A stretch of DNA of 64,000 nucleotides from Arcobacteraceae bacterium (GCA_048268245.1 JBLWVX010000001.1:128001-192000); one strand, 5' to 3'; counted from the first letter of the stretch, positions 31,994-43,107 are shown. Translations and numbers: made by a program. The notes: generated by a model not told the origin, from the letters alone.

Positions 31994-32410
31994 TTTTCTT
32001 TATATTCTTTTTTTAGAAAAAAGAAACAAAAAATCGTGAGCAGTGTTTCTAAATAGCTAAAAAATATATCGAAATTCTAAAATTTGAAAACTCGGCTCGT
32101 TCCTCACCTCAGACAGTTCAAATTTCTTTACGAATTTAGATAGATTTTTCTTAACACTATTTTCAAAATGCTCACACTTTAGTTTTAACATCCCTATACT
32201 CAATGAGATATAGAAAGTTAGCGAATAAAAAAAGTATCGCTTTGGATTTTTAGGATAAGATTTTGTGATTGATGAGCGTAAAGAAATTTAAACTATTTGA
32301 GCGACAGCGAGTTTTTAAATTTTAGCGAAGAGTGAGCAAAATCCCCAAAAGTACAACTGGCGATTCGATTTCTTTTTCCTAGTTTTTCTTATAAAAGAAA
32401 AAGTAGAAAG
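31994..32410. repeat. Non-coding palindromic element: two long hairpins whose cores are inverted copies (REPIN/MITE-like)
   Basis: Hairpin 1 GTGAGCA 32036...TGCTCAC 32175; hairpin 2 ATCGC 32236...GCGAT 32365; cores at about 32080-32132 and 32277-32322 are reverse complements with few changes. Confidence 0.7.
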
Positions 32411-32536
32411 CATCCTTACAAACAAATATAAAAAAAGTAAGGAAAAACTTCCTTTAAATTACAAGTTTTCAAAAACTAAAAAGAAAACCCCAATTTCCAA
32501 ACAAAAACAAAATAAGCTATTATAAACAACATATAA

Positions 32537-33508
32537 CTAATTAAATTCATGCTCTTTTCCTTTCACATCTTTTCTTCTATTTTGAACTAAAGCACATACT
32601 TTAAAGGCTGCTGTTTCAATACTGTCATATTGAGCTTTACTTATATGATGTACTCTTTTATCTTCTACAATATTTTCTTTCATATGATATTCATCAATAA
32701 TCTGTTTTACTTTTTTATTTGAGTTTAAAATAGCAATATGCTCTACTTTTAAACTAAGAGCTGTTTCTATATACTCTTTATTTGAGTTTGCGTTTATCAC
32801 AACTACTGCATTAAACTCTTTTTCTTTTAGTTTATATGCACTCTCATATGAATCAAGGATTAGAAGTTCATCAGCTAGTTTATAGTTTTTAAAGATTTTC
32901 CTTCTTATATCACAAACTATTGTGTGCCATCCAAGATAATTTGATACTTTCACTAACTCTTCACTTTGCTTTGATACTCCAAATATAAAAAGTTTTAAAG
33001 GAGTTTCTATTCTTTGATAAAATAGATTTTTATTTTTATCAAAATGGTTATCTTTTTCATCAAAATTTGGGAAAAAACAATAAGCATTTTTATATTTAAG
33101 TGACCTAACTAAAGTGTTGTTTATTCCACTTTGTACATTTTGTAAAGCTTGTCCTATACATCCATAATCATCTTCATTGTAAAAAGGCTCAATCCAACAC
33201 TTCACATAACTATCATTTAAAAAGTCTTTTTCCCAAGTATGAACAACGTTACTTTCACTTTTTAAATCGAAGATTATATATCTTCCTTCTTTTTGTTTTA
33301 GTACATCATCAACTAAAATTAAAATATAGTTTTCTAATCTCTTTAGATTATCAAAACCTATAGTTTCAAAGTCACTGTTTACAAACATTGAGTATTCACT
33401 TTTTTGATGTGTACTATTTTTGTAATCTAAGATATTGATACAAACTATGTCTTTTCTATTTTGTTTTGACTTTTGTAAAAATTTTATATATTGTTTGTTG
33501 CTAAACAT
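32537..33508 (-). CDS. Divergent XdhC/CoxF-like protein
   Basis: C-terminal P.KLFIFGVS....LVKVSNYLGWHTIVCDIR resembles the XdhC Rossmann domain; the N-terminal XdhC/CoxI motifs are eroded. Confidence 0.6.
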   Translation of the reverse strand: MFSNKQYIKFLQKSKQNRKDIVCINILDYKNSTHQKSEYSMFVNSDFETIGFDNLKRLENYILILVDDVLKQKEGRYIIFDLKSESNVVHTWEKDFLNDSYVKCWIEPFYNEDDYGCIGQALQNVQSGINNTLVRSLKYKNAYCFFPNFDEKDNHFDKNKNLFYQRIETPLKLFIFGVSKQSEELVKVSNYLGWHTIVCDIRRKIFKNYKLADELLILDSYESAYKLKEKEFNAVVVINANSNKEYIETALSLKVEHIAILNSNKKVKQIIDEYHMKENIVEDKRVHHISKAQYDSIETAAFKVCALVQNRRKDVKGKEHEFN

Positions 33509-33538
33509 TTTATAATTACCCTATTTATTTTCTTAGTA

Positions 33539-33592
33539 ATTATAAAATAAGTTTATAGCTTTGTTATAGCCCATAAATAGCTTTAATGTAGC
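33539..33592 (-). promoter_or_regulatory. Promoter with four 11-bp-periodic TAGC boxes
   Basis: Plus-strand TAGC at 33556, 33567, 33578, 33589; minus-strand -10 TATAAT at 33539-33544. Confidence 0.7.
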
Positions 33593-33597
33593 CATAA

Positions 33598-33629
33598 AAA
33601 AAGGGAAGAGTAAAAACTCTTCCCTTTTT
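33598..33629 (-). terminator. Intrinsic terminator of the yajC-secDF operon
   Basis: AAAAAGGGAAGAGT-AAAA-ACTCTTCCCTTTTT. Confidence 0.85.
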
Positions 33630-33649
33630 AAAATCAAAACCAAACTATA

Positions 33650-34618
33650 CTAAACTGTACCTTGCTCGTACATAGCTCTTAATTTATCTTTTTCTTTTTG
33701 TTTTTTTAATTTTTCTGCTTCTTTAGCTCTAAAATCATTTATTGAGAACTTTAACTGAACTAAGAAAGATGCAGCAATAAATATAGATGAATAAGTACCA
33801 ACTACTACACCAATAAGCATTGTAAATGCGAATCCATTGATAATTTCTCCACCAAATAAGTATAAAGTGATAACAACAAAGAATGTTGTTAATGAAGTAA
33901 GAGTTGTTCTTGAAAGTGTTCTACTTACTGACTCATTTACAACCTTATCAAGAACTGTTTCTTTAGATGTTTGTACACCCTCTCTAATTCTATCAAATAC
34001 AATAATGGTATCATTTAGTGAATAACCAAGAATTGTAAGAATTGCTGCTAAGATGTCTAAGTTTACCTCTACACCCACAAGTGCAATAGCTCCTAATGCA
34101 ATAGTAACATCATGTGCTAATGCTAAAATAGAAGCTACAGCAAATCTCCACTCAAATCTGAATGATACATATATTAAGATAACAATAAGAGATAAGCCTA
34201 AAGCCATTAAACCTTTTTCTCTTAATTCATTACCTACTTTAGGTCCAACCATGTCAACTCTTCTTACTTCAAAGTTTCCAGTTGAATCTAAGATTTTATG
34301 CATCTCATCACCAATATCATTTGCTAAGTTAGAAGAAGTACCTGTAATTCTAATCACTACTTCTTGAGGACTACCAAACTCAGTAATAGATGAACCTTTA
34401 TATTTAGTTTCATTTAATACATTTCTGATTTTATCAATAGGAGCTTTTTGCTCATATTGAACTTGAACTAAAGTACCACCAGCAAAGTCAATACCAAAAT
34501 TAAGCCCTTTAGTAAATAGTATTACAAGTGAAGCAATAACAAGAATTGAAGAAATCCCTAAAAAAGGAAGTCTTTTAGCCATAAAATTATGTATTTTATC
34601 TGATTTAAAAAATTCCAT
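33650..34618 (-). CDS. secF: Protein translocase subunit SecF
   Basis: GIDFAGG, VGPKVG.EL, GYSLNDTIIVFDRIRE. Confidence 0.97.
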   Translation of the reverse strand: MEFFKSDKIHNFMAKRLPFLGISSILVIASLVILFTKGLNFGIDFAGGTLVQVQYEQKAPIDKIRNVLNETKYKGSSITEFGSPQEVVIRITGTSSNLANDIGDEMHKILDSTGNFEVRRVDMVGPKVGNELREKGLMALGLSLIVILIYVSFRFEWRFAVASILALAHDVTIALGAIALVGVEVNLDILAAILTILGYSLNDTIIVFDRIREGVQTSKETVLDKVVNESVSRTLSRTTLTSLTTFFVVITLYLFGGEIINGFAFTMLIGVVVGTYSSIFIAASFLVQLKFSINDFRAKEAEKLKKQKEKDKLRAMYEQGTV

Positions 34619-36183
34619 TATTTAACTCCAAACCATTTTTTTAAGTCTTTATCTTTTGAGATTTTATTAGCTAAGGCTTCATAAATACCATGTGTACCTA
34701 AAATAGCTGTTAACATTGAAGCTAAAATACCAATAGAAATAGTAATAGCAAATCCTTTAATAGGACCTGTACCATAAGCATATAAGATTACAGCAACTAA
34801 TAAAGTAGTAATATTTGCATCTAAAATAGCTCTCATTGCATTTGCATAACCATCTTCAATTGCTTTAGCTACTGATACACCTTGTTTTAATAGTTCTCTA
34901 ATTCTTTCACCAATAATTACATTGGCATCAACTGCCATACCTACAGTTAATACAATACCTGCCATACCAGGAAGAGTAAGAGTTGCTCCAAACATCGCCA
35001 TTACTGAAATGATAATAAATATATTTGTTACAAGTGCAATATTAGCAATAATACCAGCTCTTCTATAGTAAACAATCATAAAAATAAATACGATTATAAA
35101 ACCAGAAACTAATGCAATAGTTGAAGCTTTAATAGAATCAGCACCTAAAGATGGGCCAACACTTCTTTTTTCAAGTAATTTTACAGTTGCAGGTAAAGCA
35201 CCACTTCTTAAAGCAATAGCTACATTCCCCGCTTCTTGAACAGTAAAACCACCAGAAATTTGACCACTTCCTCCACCAATTCTTTCTCTAATATTCGGAG
35301 CTGAATAAACTTTTCCATCTAAAACAACAGCTAATCTTTTTCCTACATTTTTACCTGTAAAATCACCAAAAATTCTAGCTCCACTTGAATTAAGTGTGAA
35401 ATTAATAATTGCTTGATTAGATTGATCGAAAGCAACTTGTGCGTCTATTACTTGGCTACCATTTAAAATTGGTATTTCTTTTACTAGATATTTAACAGCT
35501 GCATTTTTAGTATCTTCTAAAATAATATCACCATATTCAGCTGCTTGTGCATCACTCATAGTATATACTTGATCTGCTCTTTGTTCATCAACTGCCATAA
35601 GTTCTAAGTTTGCAGGTTTTGAGATAAGTTCTCTTGCCGCTTTTTCATCTTCTGCTGTTTTAATACCTGGTAACTGAACAACAATATCAGTAGCACCTTG
35701 TCTTACAACAGTAGGCTCTGCTAATCCAAACTGGTCAAGTCTATTTCTAATAGTTTCTACTGCTTGAGATACTGATAAGTCTTTTGTTCTTTCAATTTCT
35801 TCACTTGTTAGTTTTACAGTATAATCTGTATTTACTTTTGAAATTTGTAAACCTTTTATTTTGGCTAACATTTCATCCATTCTCGGTAGTTCATCAGGGT
35901 CTAAAACTGTAAATTTAACAGATTCAGTATCAAGAGATAAGCCATCAATTAATAAATCTTCATCTTCTGCAAAGTATTTAATTGATGTTGCAATTGTTTT
36001 TATTTTTGATGTTACTGCTTCATGTGTATTAACACCTAAAAGCATGTGCAATCCACCTTGTAAATCAAGTCCTAATGAGATTTTTTTACCGCTGTCTGTT
36101 TGCATAAGTGAAGGAATTGAAAAAACAACACCAAAAATAATACTTAAAGCAAATATAATAAGTCTATAATTAAAGATTTTCAA
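34618..36183 (-). CDS. secD: Protein translocase subunit SecD
   Basis: LGLDLQGG, RNRLDQFGLAEP, LRSGALPA, VGPSLG, GMAVDANV. Confidence 0.97.
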   Translation of the reverse strand: MKIFNYRLIIFALSIIFGVVFSIPSLMQTDSGKKISLGLDLQGGLHMLLGVNTHEAVTSKIKTIATSIKYFAEDEDLLIDGLSLDTESVKFTVLDPDELPRMDEMLAKIKGLQISKVNTDYTVKLTSEEIERTKDLSVSQAVETIRNRLDQFGLAEPTVVRQGATDIVVQLPGIKTAEDEKAARELISKPANLELMAVDEQRADQVYTMSDAQAAEYGDIILEDTKNAAVKYLVKEIPILNGSQVIDAQVAFDQSNQAIINFTLNSSGARIFGDFTGKNVGKRLAVVLDGKVYSAPNIRERIGGGSGQISGGFTVQEAGNVAIALRSGALPATVKLLEKRSVGPSLGADSIKASTIALVSGFIIVFIFMIVYYRRAGIIANIALVTNIFIIISVMAMFGATLTLPGMAGIVLTVGMAVDANVIIGERIRELLKQGVSVAKAIEDGYANAMRAILDANITTLLVAVILYAYGTGPIKGFAITISIGILASMLTAILGTHGIYEALANKISKDKDLKKWFGVK

Positions 36184-36260
36184 TCTTAATCCTTAGTAAG
36201 GTTTTTTTGATTTTAAAGATAAAACATGTAAGAAACTTACATGTCTTAAAAAAAAGATTT

Positions 36261-36536
36261 TTAGTCTTCTATAAGTTTAGCTACGAACTCTCTGATTAAT
36301 TTCATTTCAGTTCCATCGCTATTTTTTACTACAAAGTAGTCATCTTCTACTTTAGTAACTTCTACCATTAAGCCTCCATTTGTTACAATCTTATCACCTT
36401 TTTTAAGATTATTAACCATTTCCTTATGCTGTTTAGCTTGTTTTTGTTGTGGTCTTATAATCAAAAAGTAAAAAATTGCAAATAATGCAACAAGGGGTAG
36501 TAATGAGCTTATTAAATCAGCACTTGAACCTTCCAT
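36261..36536 (-). CDS. yajC: Preprotein translocase subunit YajC
   Basis: FYFLIIRPQQK, LKKGDKIVTNGG; upstream of secD. Confidence 0.96.
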   Translation of the reverse strand: MEGSSADLISSLLPLVALFAIFYFLIIRPQQKQAKQHKEMVNNLKKGDKIVTNGGLMVEVTKVEDDYFVVKNSDGTEMKLIREFVAKLIED

Positions 36537-36564
36537 CAAAATTCCTTTTCAAAAGTAGTTTAGT

Positions 36565-37797
36565 ATGTTTTTAGTAAAACGCGATAATTCTAACAAAAAC
36601 TTTATAATAAAAGGCTTCATTACGTCCATATTATTGAGCGCTTTTATATACTTAAGTCATTTTAATATTGAATATTTACTTTTAAATACAGTTTTAGGGC
36701 TTTTAGCTATTTATTTTTTAGTTACAATTCCTAGAAAATCACTTTTTATTACAGGTTTTACAACAGGTATATTTTGGTTTTATTGGATTGGTATATCCCT
36801 CAAATACTATGAGCTTACATACTTAATACCAGTGCTTTTGATTGGTATTGGGATAGTATATGGTTTATTATTTTTACTATTAGGACTAATAAATAATATA
36901 ATTTATAGAGTAATTGCCATATTTGTATTTACTTTTATTGCACCATTTGGTTTTAATTGGATGAAATTTGAACTTTTATTTGTAGATTCATATTTTAGTA
37001 CTACAAAAGAGAGTTTTGCATTAATTTTAGCTGCTGCTTTTATGGTTTCACAACTAAAAAGATTAAAATTTTTAGCTTTAATCCCACTTTTTATTGCTTA
37101 TCAATCTCCACAAGGAGAAATAATTGATAATCCTAATCTTGATATTCATTTAACACAATTTAATATTCCTCAAGATATAAAGTGGAAAAAAGAGAATAGA
37201 AATAAGCTAATAAATAAAAATTTAGATGAAATAGATAAAGCAATATCTTTAAATAAAGACCTTATAGTTTTACCTGAGACTTCAATACCAACGATTTTAA
37301 ACAAGCAAAAAGATTTATTTGATTATCTAAAAGAAAAGTCTTATGAAATTACTATTTTTACAGGTGGTTTATACCTAGAGAATCAAAAAATCTATAATGC
37401 AACATATCTTTTCTCAAAAGGAGAAGTGCAAATAGCAAAAAAGGTGGTATTAGTTCCTTTTGGAGAAGAAATACCACTTCCAAAGTTCTTTGTTGATTTA
37501 ATCAATAATACTTTTTATGGTGGAGCTTCAGACTATGCAAAAGCTTCAATACCAACTGATCTTATAATAGGTGATACAAAAATAAGAAATGCTATTTGCT
37601 ATGAAGCAACAACAGATAAGATATTTGAAAATTTAGCTGATACAAAATACATGATAGCTATCTCAAACAATGCTTGGTTTACACCATCTATTGAACCAAC
37701 ACTTCAAAAATTACTTATGAAATACTATTCTAAAAAGTATGGAGTAACTATCTTTCATGTTGTAAATGGAAGCCAAAATTATATTATAAGACCATGA
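36565..37797 (+). CDS. lnt: Apolipoprotein N-acyltransferase
   Basis: Nitrilase triad motifs VLPET, K.VLVPFGE, ICYE; SNNAWF; N-terminal TM segments. Confidence 0.93.
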   Translation: MFLVKRDNSNKNFIIKGFITSILLSAFIYLSHFNIEYLLLNTVLGLLAIYFLVTIPRKSLFITGFTTGIFWFYWIGISLKYYELTYLIPVLLIGIGIVYGLLFLLLGLINNIIYRVIAIFVFTFIAPFGFNWMKFELLFVDSYFSTTKESFALILAAAFMVSQLKRLKFLALIPLFIAYQSPQGEIIDNPNLDIHLTQFNIPQDIKWKKENRNKLINKNLDEIDKAISLNKDLIVLPETSIPTILNKQKDLFDYLKEKSYEITIFTGGLYLENQKIYNATYLFSKGEVQIAKKVVLVPFGEEIPLPKFFVDLINNTFYGGASDYAKASIPTDLIIGDTKIRNAICYEATTDKIFENLADTKYMIAISNNAWFTPSIEPTLQKLLMKYYSKKYGVTIFHVVNGSQNYIIRP

Positions 37798-37810
37798 TTT
37801 AAATAAAAGA

Positions 37811-39214
37811 TTAAAGATATTTTTCTTTAATCTTTTCTAAAATTTTCTCTTTTTCTAGATTCTCATCTATTTGTAAATCCATAGTATAATCCAAAATTCT
37901 TTTAAACTCTTTTGAGGGTTTTAGTCCTAAAGCTATTAAATCTCTTCCTTGAACTAAAGGTTTTAAAGCTTCATTTTCTATATTTAACTCTTTAGCTTTT
38001 TCTAAAAGCCAAGAAGTAGCTTTTGGACACTTCTCCTTATCTTTTATATCTCTTCCTAAACAATCAGCTAAACATACTAAACATAAATCTTCAATGTTTA
38101 CTTTTAATGATAACCTTTTTACAGCTTTTAATGATGATTCTGCAAGATATAATTGAAAAGGAGCTAAATGGTTCTTCACTAGTGGTGTAATTAAATCTAT
38201 GAACTTTTTTTCATTAGTAAGTCTTGATAAAAAACTAATAGTTGGCTCTATACCTAAAGCTTCGTGTTTATGAGAAGTTACTCTTCCCTCATCTGTAATT
38301 TGAGTACAAAATGGCTTTCCTAAATCATGACAAAGTATCGCATAAAATAGATATAATTTTCTGTATTCATCTTCTATATTAGATTCTTCTAAAATTTTAG
38401 CTAACTCATCTACAGTCATTAATGTATGAATCCACACGTCACCCTCTGGATGATACTCATTATCTTGTATACATCCCTTTAAAGCTTCTAGTTCTGGAAA
38501 ATGTTTTAGACAACCCAAACTATCTAAAAGCTCTAGTCCAATTGAAGGCTTTGAAGATTTTAAAAATAGTTTTTTAAACTCTTCATAGACTCTTTCTTTA
38601 GGTAACTCTTCTAAATCACCTCTTTGAACCATTTGTTTACATAGTTGTGAACTCTTTTTATCTAAGCTTAAATCAAACCTAGCACAAAACTGAATAGCCC
38701 TATATACTCTTAATGGATCTTCAATAAAAGTGTCATCTTTAATATGTCTTAGAACTTTATTTTCTAAATCTTTTATTCCATTGTTTGGGTCTATTAATCT
38801 TTTTTCAAAAAAATCATAGGCAATTGAGTTTATAGTAAAATCTCTTCTTAAACTAGCTTTATCATATTTTAAATTTTTATCATTAGTAACTTCAAAACCT
38901 CTATGTCCAGAAGCTACTTTTTTCTCTATCCTTGCAAGTGCAAAGTCAAAATCATATGAATCAATTTTTAAAGTTAGTACTCCAAAAGATTTACCAACTT
39001 GCTTTATATTTCCAAAACGCTTTAGTATTAACTCTACGTCATTTAAAGTTTCAATACCAAAAAGTTCTACATCATAATCTTTACAGGGAATTTCTAAAAG
39101 GGAGTCTCTAACACAACCACCAACAAGAAGAGGCTTTATATTCTCTTCTTGTAGGGCTATAAGAATTTGTTTTAATACCTTAGGTATATTAATCGTTGTT
39201 GTAGTGGTGAACAT
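37811..39214 (-). CDS. cca: CCA tRNA nucleotidyltransferase with HD domain
   Basis: VGGCVRD..DYD, RRDFTINS, EDPLRVYRA, YHPEGDVWIH, CHDLGK; ATG at 39214 preferred (short overlap with mscS). Confidence 0.9.
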   Translation of the reverse strand: MFTTTTTINIPKVLKQILIALQEENIKPLLVGGCVRDSLLEIPCKDYDVELFGIETLNDVELILKRFGNIKQVGKSFGVLTLKIDSYDFDFALARIEKKVASGHRGFEVTNDKNLKYDKASLRRDFTINSIAYDFFEKRLIDPNNGIKDLENKVLRHIKDDTFIEDPLRVYRAIQFCARFDLSLDKKSSQLCKQMVQRGDLEELPKERVYEEFKKLFLKSSKPSIGLELLDSLGCLKHFPELEALKGCIQDNEYHPEGDVWIHTLMTVDELAKILEESNIEDEYRKLYLFYAILCHDLGKPFCTQITDEGRVTSHKHEALGIEPTISFLSRLTNEKKFIDLITPLVKNHLAPFQLYLAESSLKAVKRLSLKVNIEDLCLVCLADCLGRDIKDKEKCPKATSWLLEKAKELNIENEALKPLVQGRDLIALGLKPSKEFKRILDYTMDLQIDENLEKEKILEKIKEKYL

Positions 39215-40037
39215 CTTGTTGTGGATAAGGAATAGAAATTCCTTCTTCATCAAATCTTAATTTAACAGTTTCTGTTAAATCAAATTTAACTGCCCAGTAA
39301 TCAGGTGTTTTAACCCACGCTCTAACTACAAAGTTTACAGAAGAGTCAGCAAGTTCTGAAACAGCAACTGTTACACCTTTGTCTAATAAAACTTTTTCAT
39401 TTGATTTGATAATGTCATTTAAAACATTTTTTGCTTTTTTAATATCATCATCATAACCAATACCTACAACTAAATCAACTCTTCTTGTATCATGAGCATT
39501 TACATTTGTGATAGAATCACTTGTAATAGCACCATTTGGAACAATAATACTTTGATTATCAGGAGTTGTAAATACTGAATTAAAAATTCCAACTTCTGTT
39601 ACAGTTCCAGATACACCAGCAGCACTTACAAAATCACCAACTCTAAAAGGCTTGAATAAAATAATCATAACACCTGATGCGAAGTTTCCTAAAGAGTCTT
39701 TTAATGCAAGACCAATAGCTAAACCAGCTGCACCTAAGATTGCTAAGAATGAAGTTGTTTCAACACCAACTTCAGATAATGCTGTTAAAATAACAACAAT
39801 CATTAAAACATAGTAAACGATATTTTCTAAAAACTTAACTAAAGTTTCATCCATACCCTTTACTTTTCTTAATAGTTTGCCTAAAACTGCTGTAATTCTA
39901 TTTACAAACCATTTACCAATTACAAAAATTAATATAGCCATTAGTAATGAGAAAGCGTAAGAACCTACAATTTCTACAATATTATCTGGAAGATATGAAC
40001 TAAATTTATCAGCTATTTCATTTACTTTGTTTTCCAA
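39189..40037 (-). CDS. mscS: Small-conductance mechanosensitive channel
   Basis: GAAGLAIGLAL...NFASG..I...KPFRVGD, IPYPQ. Confidence 0.93.
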   Translation of the reverse strand: MENKVNEIADKFSSYLPDNIVEIVGSYAFSLLMAILIFVIGKWFVNRITAVLGKLLRKVKGMDETLVKFLENIVYYVLMIVVILTALSEVGVETTSFLAILGAAGLAIGLALKDSLGNFASGVMIILFKPFRVGDFVSAAGVSGTVTEVGIFNSVFTTPDNQSIIVPNGAITSDSITNVNAHDTRRVDLVVGIGYDDDIKKAKNVLNDIIKSNEKVLLDKGVTVAVSELADSSVNFVVRAWVKTPDYWAVKFDLTETVKLRFDEEGISIPYPQQDVHHYNND

Positions 40038-40087
40038 ATTGTTCCTTTAAATAATTTATGAAATTATAACATAAATAAGTTTAAAAA

Positions 40088-41794
40088 TTATTCTATAATT
40101 TCTAAAAGTTGTGAAACAGCATTTTCTATTTCAACTTCTGTTTTTTCTAAAGTTTTTCTATTAACAAGTTCTACTTTACCTTCTTTTAGTTTCTTTCCAA
40201 TTACAATTGCATAAGGGAAACCAATAAGCTCAAAATCACCCATTTTGAAACCAAATCTAGCATTTTTTCTATCATCTAAAATAGTATCAATTCCATTTGC
40301 TTTTAACTCTTCATAGATTTTCTCACCTACTTCAAGTTCTTCTTCTTTTTTAGCATTTGAAACAATTACATCAACTAAAAATGGTGCAGTCTCTTTAGTC
40401 CAGATACAACCTTTTTCATCATGATTTTGTTCAATTACAGCTGCAACTAATCTTGAAACACCAATACCATAACATCCCATTTCAAAAGCTTGAGCTTTAC
40501 CATTTGCATCTAAGAACTTAGCATCCATAGCTTCACTATACTTAGAACCTAACTGGAATATATGCCCAGCTTCAATCCCTTTTGTATACTCTAATCTTCC
40601 ACCACAACAAGAACAAGTATCTCCTTCTTGAACAGCTACTAAATCATCAAAAGTTAAACCTTCCATAGAAGTTAAATCTACACCTTTATAATGGTAGTTT
40701 TCTTCATTTGCTCCACAAACAAGGTTATTATCTTCTTTTAATTCATTGTCGATTATAACTTGAATATTTTCTGGAAGTCCAACTATTCCACAGTAACCAG
40801 CAACTAAACCAGCTTTTTCTAAATCTTCATCATTAGCATCTTCTAACTCTAAAGCACCAACTGCATTACAAGCTTTTGTTTCTTCAAGTTCATCTACACC
40901 TCTTACAAAGAAAAGTACTACTTCTGTTCTATCTTCATAAACTGCTTTTTTCATTACAGCTTTCATAGAATAATAAGCATCTGCATTTAAAAATTCACTT
41001 ACTTCTTCAATAGTTTTACAATTAGGAGTTTCAACTTTCTCAAGAGCAATAGTTTCTAATGCTTCCTTTTTATTTGGCTTTCTAACTGCTGCTTCAATAT
41101 TTGCACCATATTCACAATCAGGACAAACAACTATAGTATCTTCACCTGAGTTTGCTAATACATGGAACTCTTTTGAACCACTTCCACCAATAGCACCACT
41201 ATCAGCTTCAACAACTCTAAAATCTAAACCTAATCTATTATAAACATTTTTATATGTTTCTTCCATAAGATTAAATTCTCTTACTAAATCCTCTTTTGAA
41301 GCATGGAAAGAGTAAGCATCTTTCATCAAGAATTCTCTACCTCTCATAAGACCAAATCTTGGTCTTGCTTCATCTCTAAATTTAGTATTTATTTGATATA
41401 AATTTACAGGTAAATCTTTGTAAGAAGTAATTCTATTTTTTATCATATTTACAACAGCTTCTTCATTTGTAGGAGATAAAACATAATCAGCATTTTTTCT
41501 ATCTTTGAACTTTAAAAGTTCATTACCCATAGTAGCTGATCTTCCTGATTCATCCCAGTAAGATAAAGGTGTTACAAAACCAAACTGAACTTCATTTGCT
41601 CCACTTTTATCCATTTCTTCTTTTACAACTGCTCTTATTTTTTCTAAAACAATTTTTCCAAGAGGCATAAAGTCATAAATACCAGCACCTGTTTGAGCTA
41701 CAAAAGCACCTCTTACTAAATATTGGTGAGATGCTAAAGTTGCATCTTTTGGAGCTTCTTTTGTTGTTGGAATAAACATATTACTAAATTTCAT
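40088..41794 (-). CDS. proS: Proline--tRNA ligase
   Basis: [30 protein letters not shown], editing insertion, [10 protein letters not shown]. Confidence 0.98.
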   Translation of the reverse strand: MKFSNMFIPTTKEAPKDATLASHQYLVRGAFVAQTGAGIYDFMPLGKIVLEKIRAVVKEEMDKSGANEVQFGFVTPLSYWDESGRSATMGNELLKFKDRKNADYVLSPTNEEAVVNMIKNRITSYKDLPVNLYQINTKFRDEARPRFGLMRGREFLMKDAYSFHASKEDLVREFNLMEETYKNVYNRLGLDFRVVEADSGAIGGSGSKEFHVLANSGEDTIVVCPDCEYGANIEAAVRKPNKKEALETIALEKVETPNCKTIEEVSEFLNADAYYSMKAVMKKAVYEDRTEVVLFFVRGVDELEETKACNAVGALELEDANDEDLEKAGLVAGYCGIVGLPENIQVIIDNELKEDNNLVCGANEENYHYKGVDLTSMEGLTFDDLVAVQEGDTCSCCGGRLEYTKGIEAGHIFQLGSKYSEAMDAKFLDANGKAQAFEMGCYGIGVSRLVAAVIEQNHDEKGCIWTKETAPFLVDVIVSNAKKEEELEVGEKIYEELKANGIDTILDDRKNARFGFKMGDFELIGFPYAIVIGKKLKEGKVELVNRKTLEKTEVEIENAVSQLLEIIE

Positions 41795-41811
41795 TAACTG
41801 TTCCCTATCTT

Positions 41812-43107
41812 TTATTTTTTATCTAAATGTTCACATTTAAAACTATCAAATACTTCTGAATCATTATTTAATCCAAACATATTTTGAATTGTTCCTACTA
41901 CTACATCACACTCCATATTTCTAGAAATATCTTTTAACTGTTTTGAAGGAGTGTGTAAATACTCAGTAATTACTGTTTGACAAAGTTTTCTAATATTCTC
42001 TTCATCTTCTGGATTAATAAAACCTTTTTTAATGGCATTATCAACTTTTTTATTAATTACTTCATTCCCTTTTAAATAAAGGTTTTTAATAATTGGTTCT
42101 ATCTCTAATGATTTTAACCAATCAAAAAATTCAATAGACATTTTACTTACAATTGAGTATGCAGTTTTTGCTTGTTCAGCTCTTAAACTCATATTTTCAT
42201 TTACAATATCTTGTAAATCATCAACAGCATAAATCTCTAAATTTGACATTTCAATATCATCAATATCTCTTGGTACTGCTATATCAAACCAATATCGTTC
42301 ATATGATGTAGGACTTACAATATCTTCTGTTATAATAGGATATGGGGCAGCTGTTGCTGTAACCATTACCTTTGTTTCTTTTAAAAGTTGTGAAAGCTGT
42401 GAATAGTCTTGAACATCAATATTTGCATCAAAAGTATCTGCTAATATTTGAGCTTTTTTCTTATCTCTACTTGTTAAAATAACATCAAATCCTGAAGAAA
42501 TTAAGTGTTTTATTGTAAGTTCACTCATCTCCCCTGCACCAATAACTAAAGCTTTAACACCACTAGTATCACCTACAAGCTCTTTTGCTTTTGCAACTGC
42601 TGTTGAAGCAACTGATACAGAACCTGTTCCTAAACTTGTGGCATTTCTAACTGCTGCTGCACATTTAAAAGCAAAATGCATCGCTCTAGTTACATTTGAA
42701 GAACAGTACTGTTTTGATTGAGAAAATCTAAAAGCATCTTTTAATTGACCTACAATTTGTGTTTCACCAATTACTAAAGAATCTAAAGCAGAAGCAACAG
42801 AGAAAAGGTGATGTATTGCACCATTATTATCATAGATATCTGCTCTATCATATAATTCATCAAAATCTAAAGAAGAGTATTTTGCAAGTTTTGAAAGAAT
42901 ATCTTTTGAACTTCCATTAATATTTGAAGACCTTGTAATAATCTCAACCCTATTACATGTAGATAAAACTACTGCTTCTTTAGTGTTTTCATAATCTAAA
43001 AGTGATCTTAAAAATCTATCTTTATCTTCATCACTTCCAAAAGCTAGTTTTTCTCTCATAGAAATATCAGTGTTTTTATGGGAAAAACTAATTATTAAAT
43101 AACTCAT
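41812..43107 (-). CDS. hemA: Glutamyl-tRNA reductase
   Basis: [33 protein letters not shown]. Confidence 0.97.
   Translation of the reverse strand: MSYLIISFSHKNTDISMREKLAFGSDEDKDRFLRSLLDYENTKEAVVLSTCNRVEIITRSSNINGSSKDILSKLAKYSSLDFDELYDRADIYDNNGAIHHLFSVASALDSLVIGETQIVGQLKDAFRFSQSKQYCSSNVTRAMHFAFKCAAAVRNATSLGTGSVSVASTAVAKAKELVGDTSGVKALVIGAGEMSELTIKHLISSGFDVILTSRDKKKAQILADTFDANIDVQDYSQLSQLLKETKVMVTATAAPYPIITEDIVSPTSYERYWFDIAVPRDIDDIEMSNLEIYAVDDLQDIVNENMSLRAEQAKTAYSIVSKMSIEFFDWLKSLEIEPIIKNLYLKGNEVINKKVDNAIKKGFINPEDEENIRKLCQTVITEYLHTPSKQLKDISRNMECDVVVGTIQNMFGLNNDSEVFDSFKCEHLDKK

Noticed and set aside
32036..32365. Hairpins considered as tRNA, riboswitch or integron attC
   Set aside because: No cloverleaf or T-loop, no riboswitch consensus I recognise, no clear RYYYAAC/GTTRRRY ends and no integrase
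33837..36169. Plus-strand ORFs 33837-34025, 34053-34367, 35861-36169
   Set aside because: Antisense shadows of secF and secD
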